A DNA stretch of 64,000 nucleotides from Hemiscyllium ocellatum (Eukaryota). The DNA is taken from NCBI RefSeq assembly GCF_020745735.1, contig NC_083401.1, positions 134,227,740 through 134,291,739 on the forward strand, written 5' to 3'. A model generated the notes under the pieces. It was given only the letters and a program-made list of their open reading frames with translations, made no database searches and had not been told where the DNA came from. This document shows, in pieces, positions 1 to 12,404 of the stretch. How positions within the stretch are numbered: the stretch's first letter is position 1; every line of letters starts with the position of its first letter. The position numbers and the translations under genes are program-made.

Positions 1-186
1 ACGGGCAATTTGTCATAGCCAATTCACCTGACCTGCACATCTTTGTGACTGTGGGAGGAAACCGGAGCACCCGGAGGAAACCCATGTAGACATGGGGAGA
101 ATGTGCAAACTCCACACAGTGAGTCGCCTGAGGCAGGAATTGAATCCGGGTCTCTGGCAGCTGTGCTAACCACTGTGCCGCCCACG
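1..186 (-). mobile_element. HE1-type tRNA-derived shark SINE (5' part)
   Basis: Reverse complement has A box GTGGTTAGCAC, B box GGATTCAATTCC and the TGTGGAGTTTGCACATTCTCCCC body; homologous to the copies at 1319, 47573 and 49866. Confidence 0.85.
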
Positions 187-454
187 AATGTTGAAGAGGA
201 TTGATAAGGCACAGTGTAAGGTAACAATAGAGGTAATGGTAACTAGAATGTGACAGGACAGGACAGGCATACAAACGTGTAACTGCACCAGTAAATGAGG
301 TTGGTGTAGGGAAAATTGATAAAAAGACAAAATTAAAGACTCTTTCATTGAATACTTTGAGCACTTGTACAAAGCTAGATGAATTGAGAGCTCAAATAGA
401 TATAAACAATATGATGTTATTGATATTAAAGAGAAATGTTGCAAAGTGGGTGTT

Positions 455-1312
455 TAGAGTAATAGAGTCACACACAGCACGGAAATAGGCCAACCAGTCC
501 ATGCTGAACGTAATCCCAAGTGAACTAGTCTCACCTGCCTGTTCCTGATCCGTATCTGCCCAGGTCTTTCCTAATCATGTACTTATCTGAATATCTTTTT
601 AACGTTATACTAGTATTCAAATCCACCACTTCCTCAGGAAGTTCTTTCCACAGGCTAACCACCTTCTGTTTATAAATTTTACACCCTCATGACTTTTTTA
701 AAACTCTCTCCTCTCACCTTGAAATAAGTCCCATAGTCTTCAAATCCCCAACCCCAGGGAAAATACATCTGCTATTTGCCTTTTCTATATCCCTCATAAT
801 TTTATAAACGTCTACAAGGTCACCCTTCAACCTCCTACACTCGAGTTAAAAAAAAGTCCCAGCCTATCCAGCCTCTCTTTAGTATTCAAACCTTCCATTC
901 CTGACAACATCCTGGTAACTCTCTTCTGAATCCTCTCCAGTTTAATAATATCCTTCCTGTAACCGGATGACCAGAATCGGACACAGTATTCCAGAAGAGG
1001 CCTCACCAATGTCCTGTACAACTCAACATGAGTTAACAACTCCAATACTCAACAGACTGAGCAATGAAAACAATCATGCCAAAAGCCTTTTTAACCACTC
1101 TGTGTGATGCAAACTTCAAAGAATTATATACTTAAACCCCTAGATCCCTTTGTCCCACAATACTATCCAAGGCCTTATCATTAATTGTATTTGTTGTATA
1201 TTTGTTGTACCAAAATGCAATACCTCGCATTTATCCAGACTGAACTCCATCTGTCATTTTTCAGCCCATTGATCCATTTGATCAAGATCCTTTTGTAATC
1301 CTAGAAAAGGAT
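455..1312 (-). mobile_element. CR1/HER1 LINE 3' fragment
   Basis: LYRTLVRPLLEYCVRFWS...LERIQKRVTRM...RLDRLGLF motif plus CR1 3' UTR. Confidence 0.9.
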
Positions 1313-1318
1313 TTATCA

Positions 1319-1655
1319 GGGCAGCACGGTGGCTCAGTGTTTGGCACTGCTGCCTCACAGCGCCAGGGACCTGGATTCAATTCCACCCTCAGGTAACTGT
1401 CTGTGTGGAGTTTGCACATTCTCGCCATGTCTGCATGGGTTTCCTCTTGGTGCTCTGTTTTCCTCCCACAATCCAAATATGGGCAGGTTAGGTGAATTGA
1501 CCATGCTAAATTGCCCATAATATTCAGGGATGTCTAGGTTAGGTGCATTACTCAGGAGTAAACATAGAGGAACGGGTCTGGGTGAGTTACTCGTCGGCAG
1601 ATCAGTATAGACTTGTCGAGCTGAAGGGCCTGTTTCCACACTGTAGGTATTCTAT
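1319..1655 (+). mobile_element. HE1-type SINE inserted into a CR1
   Basis: GGGCAGCACGGTGGCTCAGTG head, B box, and CR1-derived 3' end GGGCCTGTTTCCACACTGTAGG. Confidence 0.9.
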
Positions 1656-1659
1656 GAAA

Positions 1660-1912
1660 ACACACTTTCTTCATTGTCTGCTATGCCACCAATTTTGATG
1701 TCATCCACAAACTTCCTAACCATGTCTTCTATATTCTCATTCAAATCATTCATATAAATGACAAACAAAAGAGGTTCCAGACCCTGTGGAACACTATTGG
1801 TCACAGGTCTCCTATCGGAAAAGCAGCCCTCCACCATCACTCTCAGTCTCCTGCTGTTCAGCCAATTATGTACCCAATTGAAAAGCTCAGCCTGAGTCCT
1901 GTGTGACCTAAA
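1660..1912 (-). mobile_element. CR1 RT fragment (continuation of 455-1312)
   Basis: VEGCFSDRRPVTNSVPQG...LFVIYMNDL...KFVDD motif. Confidence 0.85.
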
Positions 1913-2179
1913 ATATTAAATGGTAAGGGGAGAAAGCAGGAGTAGGCGACTGAGTTGGATGATTAGCCATATGTAATGGTGGAACAAGCTGAAAAAGCTG
2001 AATGGAATATTCGTGCTCCTATTTTTTATGTTACTCTGAAAGGAAGGCATGTAAGGAAGTAAGGAATGGATTACTGCTCCTAGGTCTCCTCCTCCGATCA
2101 AAATGGTAGGACTGAGGATGGAGGTGAAAACAGAGCCAGTTGGTGTCCATTGTAATAAGACTGGGCACATTTTTCAGAA

Positions 2180-3110
2180 TGCTGAATGTTGACAGGGAAG
2201 ACATAAGACATTTTGGAGCTCGTAAGACTGAATCCGAAAAGGAAACTCAGAAGGAAAAGAAGACCACGGACCAGTTGGTCGCTCTAACAACATCTAAGAG
2301 ATCAAAAGTAGACATATAAGGAAGCGTTGTAACAATCATGGGAGATTTAATCTTCACATAGTTCAGACTAGCTAAATTGGTGAAGGTACCCCAAAGGATG
2401 ATTTTATAAAGTGTATTCAAGTGTTTCTTAGAACTTTATGTTCTTCAACCAACCATATTCTTCTAGAGATAATAATGTGTTGTCAGGCCGGATTAAGTAA
2501 TGAACTCATGATAAATGATTCTGTAGGTTGTCATCACATTCAGAATTTCACATTCAGATTTCAGCTGAGAAATATGATTGTAAAACTAATGTCTTAAAAT
2601 TAAATTCAGGTGATTACAAGAGTATGAAGACAGAGTTGGCTAAAATGGGATGGGAAAATAAGTTTGTACTAAGGAGAAAATCACTAAGAAAGAAGAACAT
2701 TATAAAAAGTATGCAACATCTGTTATCACAGTGATATAAATTTAAAATGAAAATGAACAATGTTGCAAATATTAATAGTATCCTAGAAGATTGGAAAGAT
2801 TTTTAGAAACCAGTGAATGATGACTAAAATAAAAAATAAACAGTAAGAAATTGGAATATGAGAATAAACTGGCAAGACAAGTAAAATACAAACACTGAAA
2901 TAAAGCCTCTAAATGTATATAAAACAGATGAGTTAAAGTTAGTCTTAGTCCTTCAGAGGGTGTGACTGGAAAATTACCAATGAACGCAAGAAAATGACAT
3001 GTACACTAGACAAGTATTTTGTATTTCTTTTTGCACCATAAGAATTGTAATAAATCGAAAGGCAAAAGGAAACGAGAAACTTAAAAGAAGCATGACCACT
3101 GTAGAAAAAT
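2180..3110 (+). mobile_element. Old CR1 ORF2 fragment (end of endonuclease); resumes at 6440-7500
   Basis: Degenerate IMGDFN / LNSGDYKSMKTELAKM motifs; the 6440-7500 part has GPDGLHAKVLKE and GKSC-like motifs. Confidence 0.65.
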
Positions 3111-3394
3111 TATGGAGACTAACAAGACCATAAGACATAGAAGCAGAAGTAGACCATCAGCCTATCAAATCTGTCTGCCATTCAATGAGATCATTGCTGA
3201 ACCAATAATCCGCAAATCGACTTTTGCTGTCTGTTCCTCAAAACCCTTGATTCCCTTAATAATTAAAAATGTGTCAATCTTTGCCTTGAATGTACTTAAT
3301 GACCCAACCTCAACACTCTCTATGGTAAAACATTCCGCAGATTCACAACCATCTGAGAGAAGAAATTCCTCTTCATTTCTATCTTAAATGTTGC

Positions 3395-5929
3395 AACATC
3401 GCACGGCATCCTCAGGTAAGGTGAATGGCAGTAGGGTATGCTTCCTGATCAACATTTGCTGTTGCTTGGACATAGTGACCCTGGCAAGCCATTGCTCTCT
3501 GGTCCCAGAATACCTTACAGTAAAAGTCATCCCATGACCTATTGCGGGAGTTCACCTCTGCCATCGTGACAACAGTCTATGTACCAACACATGCAGATGT
3601 GAAGAATGCCCTAGACGTTATTGACACTGCCACTCACATTTGAGAGATGAAATTCCCCAACAACCTATTCATTGTAGTCCGCGACTTCAACCAAGACAAC
3701 TTCAAGAGAGTGCTGCCAATGTACCACCAACACATATCCTGCCCCACCAAAGGACCAAACATTCTGGACCACTGCCAAAAAACAATCAAAGATGTATACT
3801 GCTCCATCTCCCACTGACACTTCAGAACATCAGATCACAGTGATGTGTTCCTCCTCCCAGCTTACAAGCAGAAGCTGAAATAGAAGGACTCTTCACAAAA
3901 GCAAATACAATGCTGTTCCGAGACTCTGGAAGACCTTCTCTGGGACTGCTTGGAATTGGTGGACTGGACCATGTTCAAGTACTCAGCAGAAAACCAAGAC
4001 GAGTACGCCATCCACCACTGTCATGGACTTCATTAGCAAATGCATGGAGACCTGTGTACCAAAGAAGTCAATCTGAATGTCCCCCAACCGTAAACCTTGG
4101 ATGAACCAGAAAATCCACTCTTTACTGAAAACCAAATGGGAAACATTCAAGACAGATGACCAAGACAATACAATAAGTCCAGATATGACCTCCGCAAAGC
4201 CATCAGGGATGCCAAGAGGCAGTACCGGACCAAACAGACTCCTGTTACTTATGACAAGACCTAAACAACATTAAGGGATACAAAATGAAGCAGATCAAGA
4301 TAGTAGACAAAGACATATCCCTCCCTGATGTGCTGAATGCTTGCAGTGCTCAGTTTGAGCAGAATGCCAACAGTGCGGTGAAGCCTGCCCCCACAACCTC
4401 AGTCACACCTATTCCCTCATCACCACTGCAGATATCAGACCTAGGAGTCAACCCAAGGAAAGTTGACTGTGTGGACCAACTGACAGAGGTATTCACCAAC
4501 ATCTTCAATGTCTCCCTCCTACAAGCTGAAACCCTCACCTGCTTCAAGAAGACCACCATCATCCCCATACCTACGGAAGCACAAGCAATGTGCCTTAATG
4601 ACTACTGCCCAGTGGCTCTGACCTCAAAAATCATGAAGTGCTTCAAGAGGCTGGTTATGATCTACATCAACCCTAGTCTCCCAGCCTTTCCCGATCCCTT
4701 GCAGTTTGCCTACCAACATAATAGGTCCACAGTGGATGCCATGTCCCTAGTCCTGCACTCAGCCCTGGAACATCTGGATAACAAGGACACCTATAGCAGA
4801 CTCCTGCTGATTGACTATAGCTCTGCCTATAACACCATTATCTTCTCCAGACTGATCTCAAAATTCTGCGGACTTGGTCTCAGCTCCACCCTCTACACCT
4901 GCATTCTCAGCTTTCTGACCCACAGGTCACAATCAGTGTTGGTAGGAAACCTCACCTTCTACACAATAACACCTTAACACTGGAGCTCCCCAAGGATGCA
5001 TCCTCAGCCCCCAACTGTATTCCCTGTATACCAATGACTGTATTGCCAAATTCCAAATGAATGTCATCTCCAAGTTTGCTGACAACATCACTACAAGTCA
5101 ATATACAGAAGAAAGATAGAGGGCTTGGTGACGTGGTGCAATAAGAATACCCTCTCTCTCAATGTCAGCAAAATGAAAGAACTGACTTCAGAAGAAAGGA
5201 GGATACGCCCCAAACTACAATGGGGCGTATCCCATTGTACCACCAATGGTACTGAGGTTGAGAGGGTGGAGACTGTCAAGTTCCTCAGAGTGACAGTAAT
5301 CAACAACCTGTCCTGGACTTCCAACGTAGATGCGATGGTCAAGAAGGCACAACAATGCCTCTTCTCCTCAGGCAGCTCAGGAAATTTGGCATGTCTATAA
5401 GGGCTCTCACCAACTTTGATGGATGCACCATTGAAAGCATACTGTCCAGGTGCATAACAGCTTGGTATGGCAACTTCTCTGCCCAGGACTGTAAAAAACT
5501 ACAGAAGGTGGTGTGCACAGCCCAGACCATCACGAAAGCCATCCCTTCCATTCATGGACTGCATTTGCACAGCTTGTTGCCGTAGAAAGTCTGCCAACAT
5601 CAACAAAGACCCATCCCACCCCCGGTAATGATCTCCTACAACCTCTTCTGTAAAGCAGAAGATGCAGAAGCCTGAACAGAAGCACCAGCAGGTTCAGGAA
5701 CAGCTTCTTCCCTGCCATTATTAGACTGATGAACGGACTCACGAGCTTCAAATATTGCTGATCTTGCTAACATTGATCTCACCTAGCACACACACTGTGT
5801 GATGTAACCTGTCTGCCTCTATGTCTTTTTGATCTGTACATCCTTACTTACAATGACCTGCCAGAACTGCCCATAAGCAAAGCTTTTCATTGTACTTTGA
5901 TACATGTGACAATAAATAAATAAATCAAA
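3395..5929 (+). mobile_element. Rex1/Babar-clade LINE, 5'-truncated and frameshifted
   Basis: RT motifs TCFKKTTIIPIP, LNDYCPVALTSKIMKCFKRLV, DPLQFAY.HNRST.DA, LLIDYSSAYNTII, GAPQGCILSP. Ends in TGTGACAATAAATAAATAAATCAAA. Splits a minus-strand CR1 3' fragment (3120-3390 / 5930-6430). Confidence 0.88.
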
Positions 5930-6439
5930 CCAGTTATTCTGAGATTATACCTTCTGGTTCTAGACTCTCAAGGGGAAACAACCTATCTGCATCTACCCTG
6001 TCAAGTCCTGTAAGATTTTTATATCATTCAATATGATTTTCTCTCATTCTGCTAAATTCCAATGAATACAAGCTCAATCTACTTTTTCTTCATAATACAA
6101 CCCCACCATGTCTAAAATCAAGCTAGTGAACCTTGTCTGGACTGCATCAATCACAATGTATATTTATTTAGATAACAGGCCCAAAACTGTTCACAGTATT
6201 CCAACAATCTTCTGATAGTGCCTTGCATAGTTGTCGCAAAACCTGCATACTTTTATTGTCAATTCCTGTTCAAATAAAGGCCATCATTCTACTTGCCTGC
6301 CCTATTAACTACTGAACTTCTATGCTAACTTTTTGTGCTGTGTGCATCAAGACTCCCATATTCCTCTGTTTCTGTTGCTTTGTGCAGTCTTTCTCTGTTC
6401 AAATCATATTAAGCTCCTCTTTTCTTTCTGGCAATTGCT

Positions 6440-7500
6440 CTACATTTTTTGATATTATATTCCGGAGACTAAAGACTGACATGTACTGTGGACCTGATGG
6501 TCTGCATGCTAAGGTCTTAAAGGAAGTTCTTGCAGAGATAGTGAAGAGTGAACAGCTTCCCTGTTTTTGAAAACACCCTCGAGGATTTAAAAACTGTAAA
6601 TGTAACACTTCTATCCAAGAAAGGAGAGATGCTGAAAGCAAGAAATTAAAGGTCAGTTAGCCAAGCATCTGTAATTTAGAAAATGGTAGAATGCATTATG
6701 AAGAAGGTAGTAACGGGATGTTTAGAAAATCATAATAGTATCAAGCAGTGTCAGTATGCTTTTGTGAATGAGAAATCATGTTGAACAACTTTATTTGAGT
6801 TCCTGGAGGATTTTACAAATAGAGTGGATAAGGGGGGAATCAGTAGATGAATTGTATTTAGGTTTCCAGAATCCATTGGATATGTTCTGACATGAAAGAT
6901 GACAATAGAAGATTAAAGCTCATGGTCTTGGACATGAAATCTCATAATGAGTAGAGAGTGGCTCACTAACAGGAAATAGAAAGCCAGGACAAATAGATTA
7001 TTTTCAGATTTGATATTGAGGTGCTGGTGTTGGTCTGGGTTGGACATTTTCAGATTGGTAGGCTGTAACTAATGCTGTGCAACAGGAGTCACTAACAATT
7101 TGATGATTTAAAATCTTAATTAATTATATGGATGATGGCACCAGTTACATTGTAGGGAGAAAGTGAGGACTGCAGATGCTGGAGATCACAGTCAAAGAGT
7201 GTGGTGCTGGAAAAGCACAGCCAGTCAGGCAGCATCTGAGGATTCTGCAGAGATGTAGGTATGTTTACTGAGTGGGTAAACGTTTGACAGTTGGAGTATA
7301 ATGGGGGAAGATGTGTAGTTGTGCAAACTGACAAGAAGAATAAGTGGAGAGAGACTGCACAATGTTGAGGTGTAATGGGATCTTAGTGCTCTCATACATG
7401 AATCACAAAGAGTTAGTAAGTAGATACAGCCAGTAATTAGGAAGGCAAATGGAGTTAACAAAGGAGATGGAGTATAAAAGTAGGTAGGCCTTGATACAAT
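6440..7500 (+). mobile_element. Old CR1 RT fragment carrying small PLE-derived insertions
   Basis: Degenerate CR1 RT motifs, interrupted at 7011-7045 and 7156-7242. Confidence 0.7.
7156..7242 (-). mobile_element. PLE family A 3'-terminal fragment
   Basis: GAGAAAGTGAGGACTGCAGATGCTGGAGATC... is the reverse complement of the terminus of the GIY-YIG elements at 15547 and 43706. Confidence 0.8.
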
Positions 7501-8077
7501 GGCACAAAATCATTCTAAACCTGCATTAGGATGAAATAATCTGCCTTTGATGCAGGTTTTGTGGAGTAAGACATTCAATTGGGAGCAGGAATTGCCAGTG
7601 GGAAATCTGTTATCTTCATGTTTCCAGCCGAATTAAAACAATGGCAGGAAGCCCCTCTGGTTCTGCTTTTTGTTCCTCTGCCAATTAAGGCACACAAATA
7701 TAATTTTGGGCCAGATGTGCAGTAAGGATATGAGGCAGAATTTTATTCTACAAGTGGTAGTAGCTTGGAGCTCAACATCGATGACAGCAATGGATGTAGA
7801 GATGATGGTTTCAAAGGAAAATTTAATGGGCAATTGATCAAAAACATACAGAAAAACAATATAGCTGGACGGGGTGAATGCCCTCCTTCTGTGCCATATT
7901 GGCTCAGTGACTCCTATAAAATAAAAATGCATTAAGCTATTTGATACAGACGACAGATATATTAAACTCTGTAATAGGTTGAGATGTAATGTTTGCAAAA
8001 CGTTTGAGTGCAATTAACTGCAGCCGTCTCTTCCCAATGTCAACTATAAATCAAGCTCCAGTACCCGTAATAGCTAG

Positions 8078-8203
8078 GCGAAAGTGATGACTGCAGATGC
8101 TGGAGATTAGAGTCAAGAGTGTGGTACTGGAAAAGCGCAGCGGGTCAGGCAGCATCTGAGGATCAGGAGAATCGACGTTTCGGGCAAAAGCCCTACATCA
8201 GGT
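8078..8203 (-). mobile_element. PLE family A 3'-terminal fragment with a mutated hammerhead core
   Basis: Minus strand reads CCTGATGTAGGGCTTTTGCCCGAAACGTCGATT, followed by the family A terminus. Confidence 0.8.
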
Positions 8204-9802
8204 TTCCTCTCGAAACCATGCTTGCAGCGACAGTGTAATGTGCTCACATCAAACATCTTGCTGTTCAAGGTGGGCAAGTCACTGAAAAAGTAGATCCTCT
8301 GTCCAAAGTTCAAAACAATAAATTTAAAAAGTCAAAGTGTAATGTACAATTATATGGCAATTTAGCATTACCAAGTGAACGTCTTAAAATTGCATTCGTA
8401 CATCTCTATTAACCTGTTTTATACAGAACTGCACAGAGATAAACTTTTAAAAACTGCAGTGACAGGAATTTGCATATATTCCTATCTTTTATAATCTATA
8501 ATGAGGCTGTCAAATCTTTTTGAAAATTTATTTTATACCTGCAGATTTTAGAGTTTTATGGTAATTGAACTGAAATTGCTTTTATTTCTGAAACTTCTTT
8601 TGAATGTGATTGAAAAAAGCATCAGAACATATAATCAATCCCATGCTCCGATGGCGTGTGGATTGGGTGATGGGGATTGCAGCCCTATCTGCGATTGGAG
8701 TGTTTATGATTTGCATATCAACAACATATGTCAGGATCCGTAACAGTCTTTATTCAACAAACAGCTTTTATTTTATGAGTCCCTATGAACTGCAGCAGAC
8801 AGAACCCATGACATACAGCAACATCTCTTCGGAAAGGCAGGATAATTTCTCCAGCATATAGAAGCTAGTTCCAGGTCACAAATAGCTAATTTTTCTGACA
8901 AAATGTAATCAGAGAACAATAAATTACCTATAACTTGTGAGCTTAAAGGCAATGGTGATCCCTAAATAACAGGACAGGTTTTAGTCCTGATTGATGGGAA
9001 TCATTATCTAACCATTTCCATTCTCTCCTAACACTCCCTCTCAGGATGACCTCCCTACAATGTAGAACTGTTTTGCATAAATTCATTTCATGTGTCAAGC
9101 TTTTAAAGTCAGATTAATTGGCTCTTGACTGAATTAAAACTAAGTTGAAATAAATAACTTGACACCTAACTATATTTAATATTCTACAAGATGTTAAAAC
9201 AAGATTTATCTTACTGTCATTAAGTCCTCAGCAGTATAATCTAACTCCTAAATTAGTACCAATTAATCGAATCACATTTCCAGAATCTGTATAGAGCAGG
9301 TCACATTCAGGATCTCTTGTAGTACGGTGTAGCTCCCCCACCTTTCAGCCAGGAGGGCTGGGTTCAAGTCCAACCTGCTTCAGAGGTGGTCTCTGAAGAA
9401 GTTGATTAGGAATATCTATTTCATGTCATATCGCTGGGCAAGCTTTATTTCCCATTAGACTGGTTAATTTTTTTTATTGAAAATTAATAGCACGTAATGA
9501 TTGTTCCATACAAGTTTACTGGTCAGTAACCATCCTTGTGTAGAAGGTTTTCTTAAATATCATTAATTGTATCGCTCATCACGATGTATAAACTCACTAA
9601 CCAGTCACTCACATAACTTGCACTTGAACAGCGGATCAGCCAGACTACCAAAGTGTTTTTTTCTTAGCAATCAATAAATGTTTTGAAATCAAGTGAAGCC
9701 GCGATTGTGAAACATGCAAGTCTGGCAGTGTAACCGCTCGCATGGATAGTGCTCCCATTCAGTGCAACTTGGAATGCTACTGTGCACTTTGCTGCCTGAC
9801 AA

Positions 9803-9892
9803 TCACCTGATGAAGGAGCAGCGCTCCGAAAGCTGGTGTGCTTCCAATTAAACCTGTTGGACTATAACCTGGTGTTGTGGGATTTTTAACTT
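9803..9892 (+). mobile_element. PLE family B terminal fragment with a hammerhead-like motif
   Basis: CACCTGATGAAGGAGCAGCGCTCCGAAAGCTGGTGTGCTTCCAATTAAACCTGTTGGACTATAACC matches the end of the GIY-YIG element at 41808-43127. Confidence 0.85.
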
Positions 9893-11373
9893 ATGTTTGT
9901 TTTCAGGCATTGTGAGAGGTGTGCAACCTATTACTGAACCATCGAGAATCCAATGTACACTGCACACAAATCAGAAAAAGATACTCCATAAGATTGATTT
10001 CATTTAATGAAAATAAAACATGACTGAAAGATTTGTGTTTTAAAAAATAACCTTAATTAAACATTTTTCGCGGCGTTGTTACTCATGCTTTGTATTGCGA
10101 AGCGCAGAAGACCAAAAAAGCTATGAAAAAATACACAAGGTACGTTGACATACTAATGGGAAACGAGACAACCTTTGTAAATAGACGGTCACACCGACAA
10201 TCGAATGTCGTGAATATAAACAAACGATAGGAATACGTGTGTAGAATATGAATAATATATTGCAGAATATTGCTTCAAAAGTTTGTTTTTAATTAAGAAT
10301 GTATGCATAATTGATAAACGTTATCTCAGTGCTTGTTATCTGCAAATGCAGATACCCTGGCGCAACTCAAGCGTGTAAACTCTCAAACCAACTTGTCCTT
10401 GTACACAATCCGTTTGTTTGTTTTAACGCAGTGGCCATCACTGGAATCGTTACCTTCCCGACTTGAGTCCCAGGAGAGGGTTTTGCTAATAGAGCGTTTC
10501 TGATGACAGTGTGCGATAATGGCCCATGACGCTGCTATCTGCCACTTGATACACCTATAGACAGAAGTTGGCTCCCACAAGTATGTGTGTGTGTTTTCTT
10601 CCCCGCAATGCAGTCCCTTCCCTGCGGGTCGTTAAGAAGTGGAATGCTAGGATGATGGCAGGGATATTTTAAACATCTGAACTCCGACGTGATAGTTTGA
10701 TCGACGGCCTGTAATCCATCCTTCCAGCTGTTCCGTCAAAGAAAGGTGGGTTCAAAGGTCGTGCACCACCAAAGTATGACCACTCCAAAAAATATATTGT
10801 TGCATGCGCTTTCCAAGCAGAAATGAACCGACATTATCGCGTAGTGGTGAGGTCTCCCTATGTTACCGAGAGAAAACAAATGAACATATTTTCCTGTTTG
10901 TGCTTAGAAAAAAAGTTTTCTTTTTAATCTCTGGAAAAGGGCTATGAAAATAAAGAAGGATTCAACGTTTTTGAAACCATTTTCAACATTTCTACTGGGG
11001 CAAAATGTTATTTGCTTCCTTTACCAAACGTGATTTTATGTTCAATAATCGCATCTTTCCCTCAGAGCCCAACATAAATTTTCCAATGAAAATGAACGAT
11101 TTTTATGTTCTGCTCACAAACAGTCTGGTTTTTTGTGTTATACCCGTAGTTTCTCATTCCTAATGCTGATATAGCATCCTGACAATACTGTCATACCTCT
11201 CCTGGTCCACACTGCCGGTACGGCGCGCAGGGGTCAGGGGGAGGGCGATGGCTGGTGTCTCCCTTTGGCGGAAGGAGTCACTCTTGCCTCCCTGTGCATC
11301 CCCGGTACACCAGAGTTGTTTTCCAACAAAGTCACTGTCCCCCGAACCAAATAAGACGAATTCAATCAATTTG

Positions 11374-11724
11374 CTATCCAAAACGAAATTTGGGCCTATA
11401 TCTGATAACACTTGTACTCTTCCTGCGGATAATTGTTGCAGGAGGTGGTTTTGGAGATTTGGGTGGCGTTTTTTTATCTGGGACTTTCCGAGTAATTTTG
11501 AACGTTTTTTCTTTCTCAGACTGTTTGAACCGTGGAAGGAAATGTGTCGAAATGTGTTGAGGTTTCACTCGAGGGCTGTTCCCCATTTTCACTTTCCCGC
11601 GTTTATTTAAAGCCACGTACCACTCTCGGCTATTGTTTTCGCTTTTGTAAGTGGCCGAGGCGTAAGTGTTGTAACTGTTTTCTTGATATCTCTCCTTGAA
11701 AATGCATTCATTTGTAAACTTGGT
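11374..11724 (-). CDS. FGF5: FGF5 coding exon 3 (to the stop codon)
   Basis: Acceptor TTTCTCTTATAG|ACC. Translates [68 protein letters not shown]...YRPKFRFG*. Length 351 nt; the three exons sum to 729 nt in frame. Confidence 0.97.
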   Translation of the reverse strand, partial: TKFTNECIFKERYQENSYNTYASATYKSENNSREWYVALNKRGKVKMGNSPRVKPQHISTHFLPRFKQSEKEKTFKITRKVPDKKTPPKSPKPPPATIIRRKSTSVIRYRPKFRFG

Positions 11725-12404
11725 CTATAAGAGAAAGCAAAATCAGAAAACAAATAAAATATATTTCCTTTTACTCAGACGTTTAGAATATAGTGGTACG
11801 GTTTACATAGAATCACTGAGCAAAGACAGAAACAAGCCATTGGCCCGAATCCTCCCTATCACTGTTTAGGCTTCATCGAAGTCTCCCTCCAATCCTACCA
11901 GCATCTCATTTTATTCCTTTCTCTTTCGTGCGTTTGTCATAAATGGAGTTTTTACGCGCACCAGGTGATGAGGGTACTGGAGTTTTCCAACGGCATTTCC
12001 TGTGTTTTAATTCAGATTTCCAGCAGCTGCAGTGCTTGGGTTTTCTTATGGACATTAGTTTGTTTCATGTTCTCAGAATTCAATAAATGTTCCATGGATT
12101 TTACGCATGGCCTATGATGTAGTGACTTATAAGACGTAAGGCTGGACTGTGCTTTATATTTTTCGAATAAACCTGTTCTGGATACTTTTACCCATCGCCG
12201 GCGCAGGAGGAACCTGAACACAAGTCTCCTGGCCCAAAGGTAGGGACGCAGCCACCGTGCTGGCCACATCCATATATGGATATACCAGACTATGTGAGCA
12301 TATAGCGATGCTACAATAGGAACACAAGCACTCGCTCAACAAAATGAAACAAGTGCACATTGACTTCACTGCACATTGACTTTAACACGCATTTAGACTC
12401 CAGC

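Noticed and set aside
4285-4977. 230-aa ORF as a functional reverse transcriptase
   Set aside because: It is a fragment of a Rex1/Babar LINE with stops, frameshifts and a degraded catalytic motif (FADN).
7900-8080. Possible first exon of CFAP299, the expected downstream neighbour of FGF5
   Set aside because: Only a vague ITEFN resemblance; no YEDFLDSQIT-like motif or splice donor. The gene is probably outside the window.
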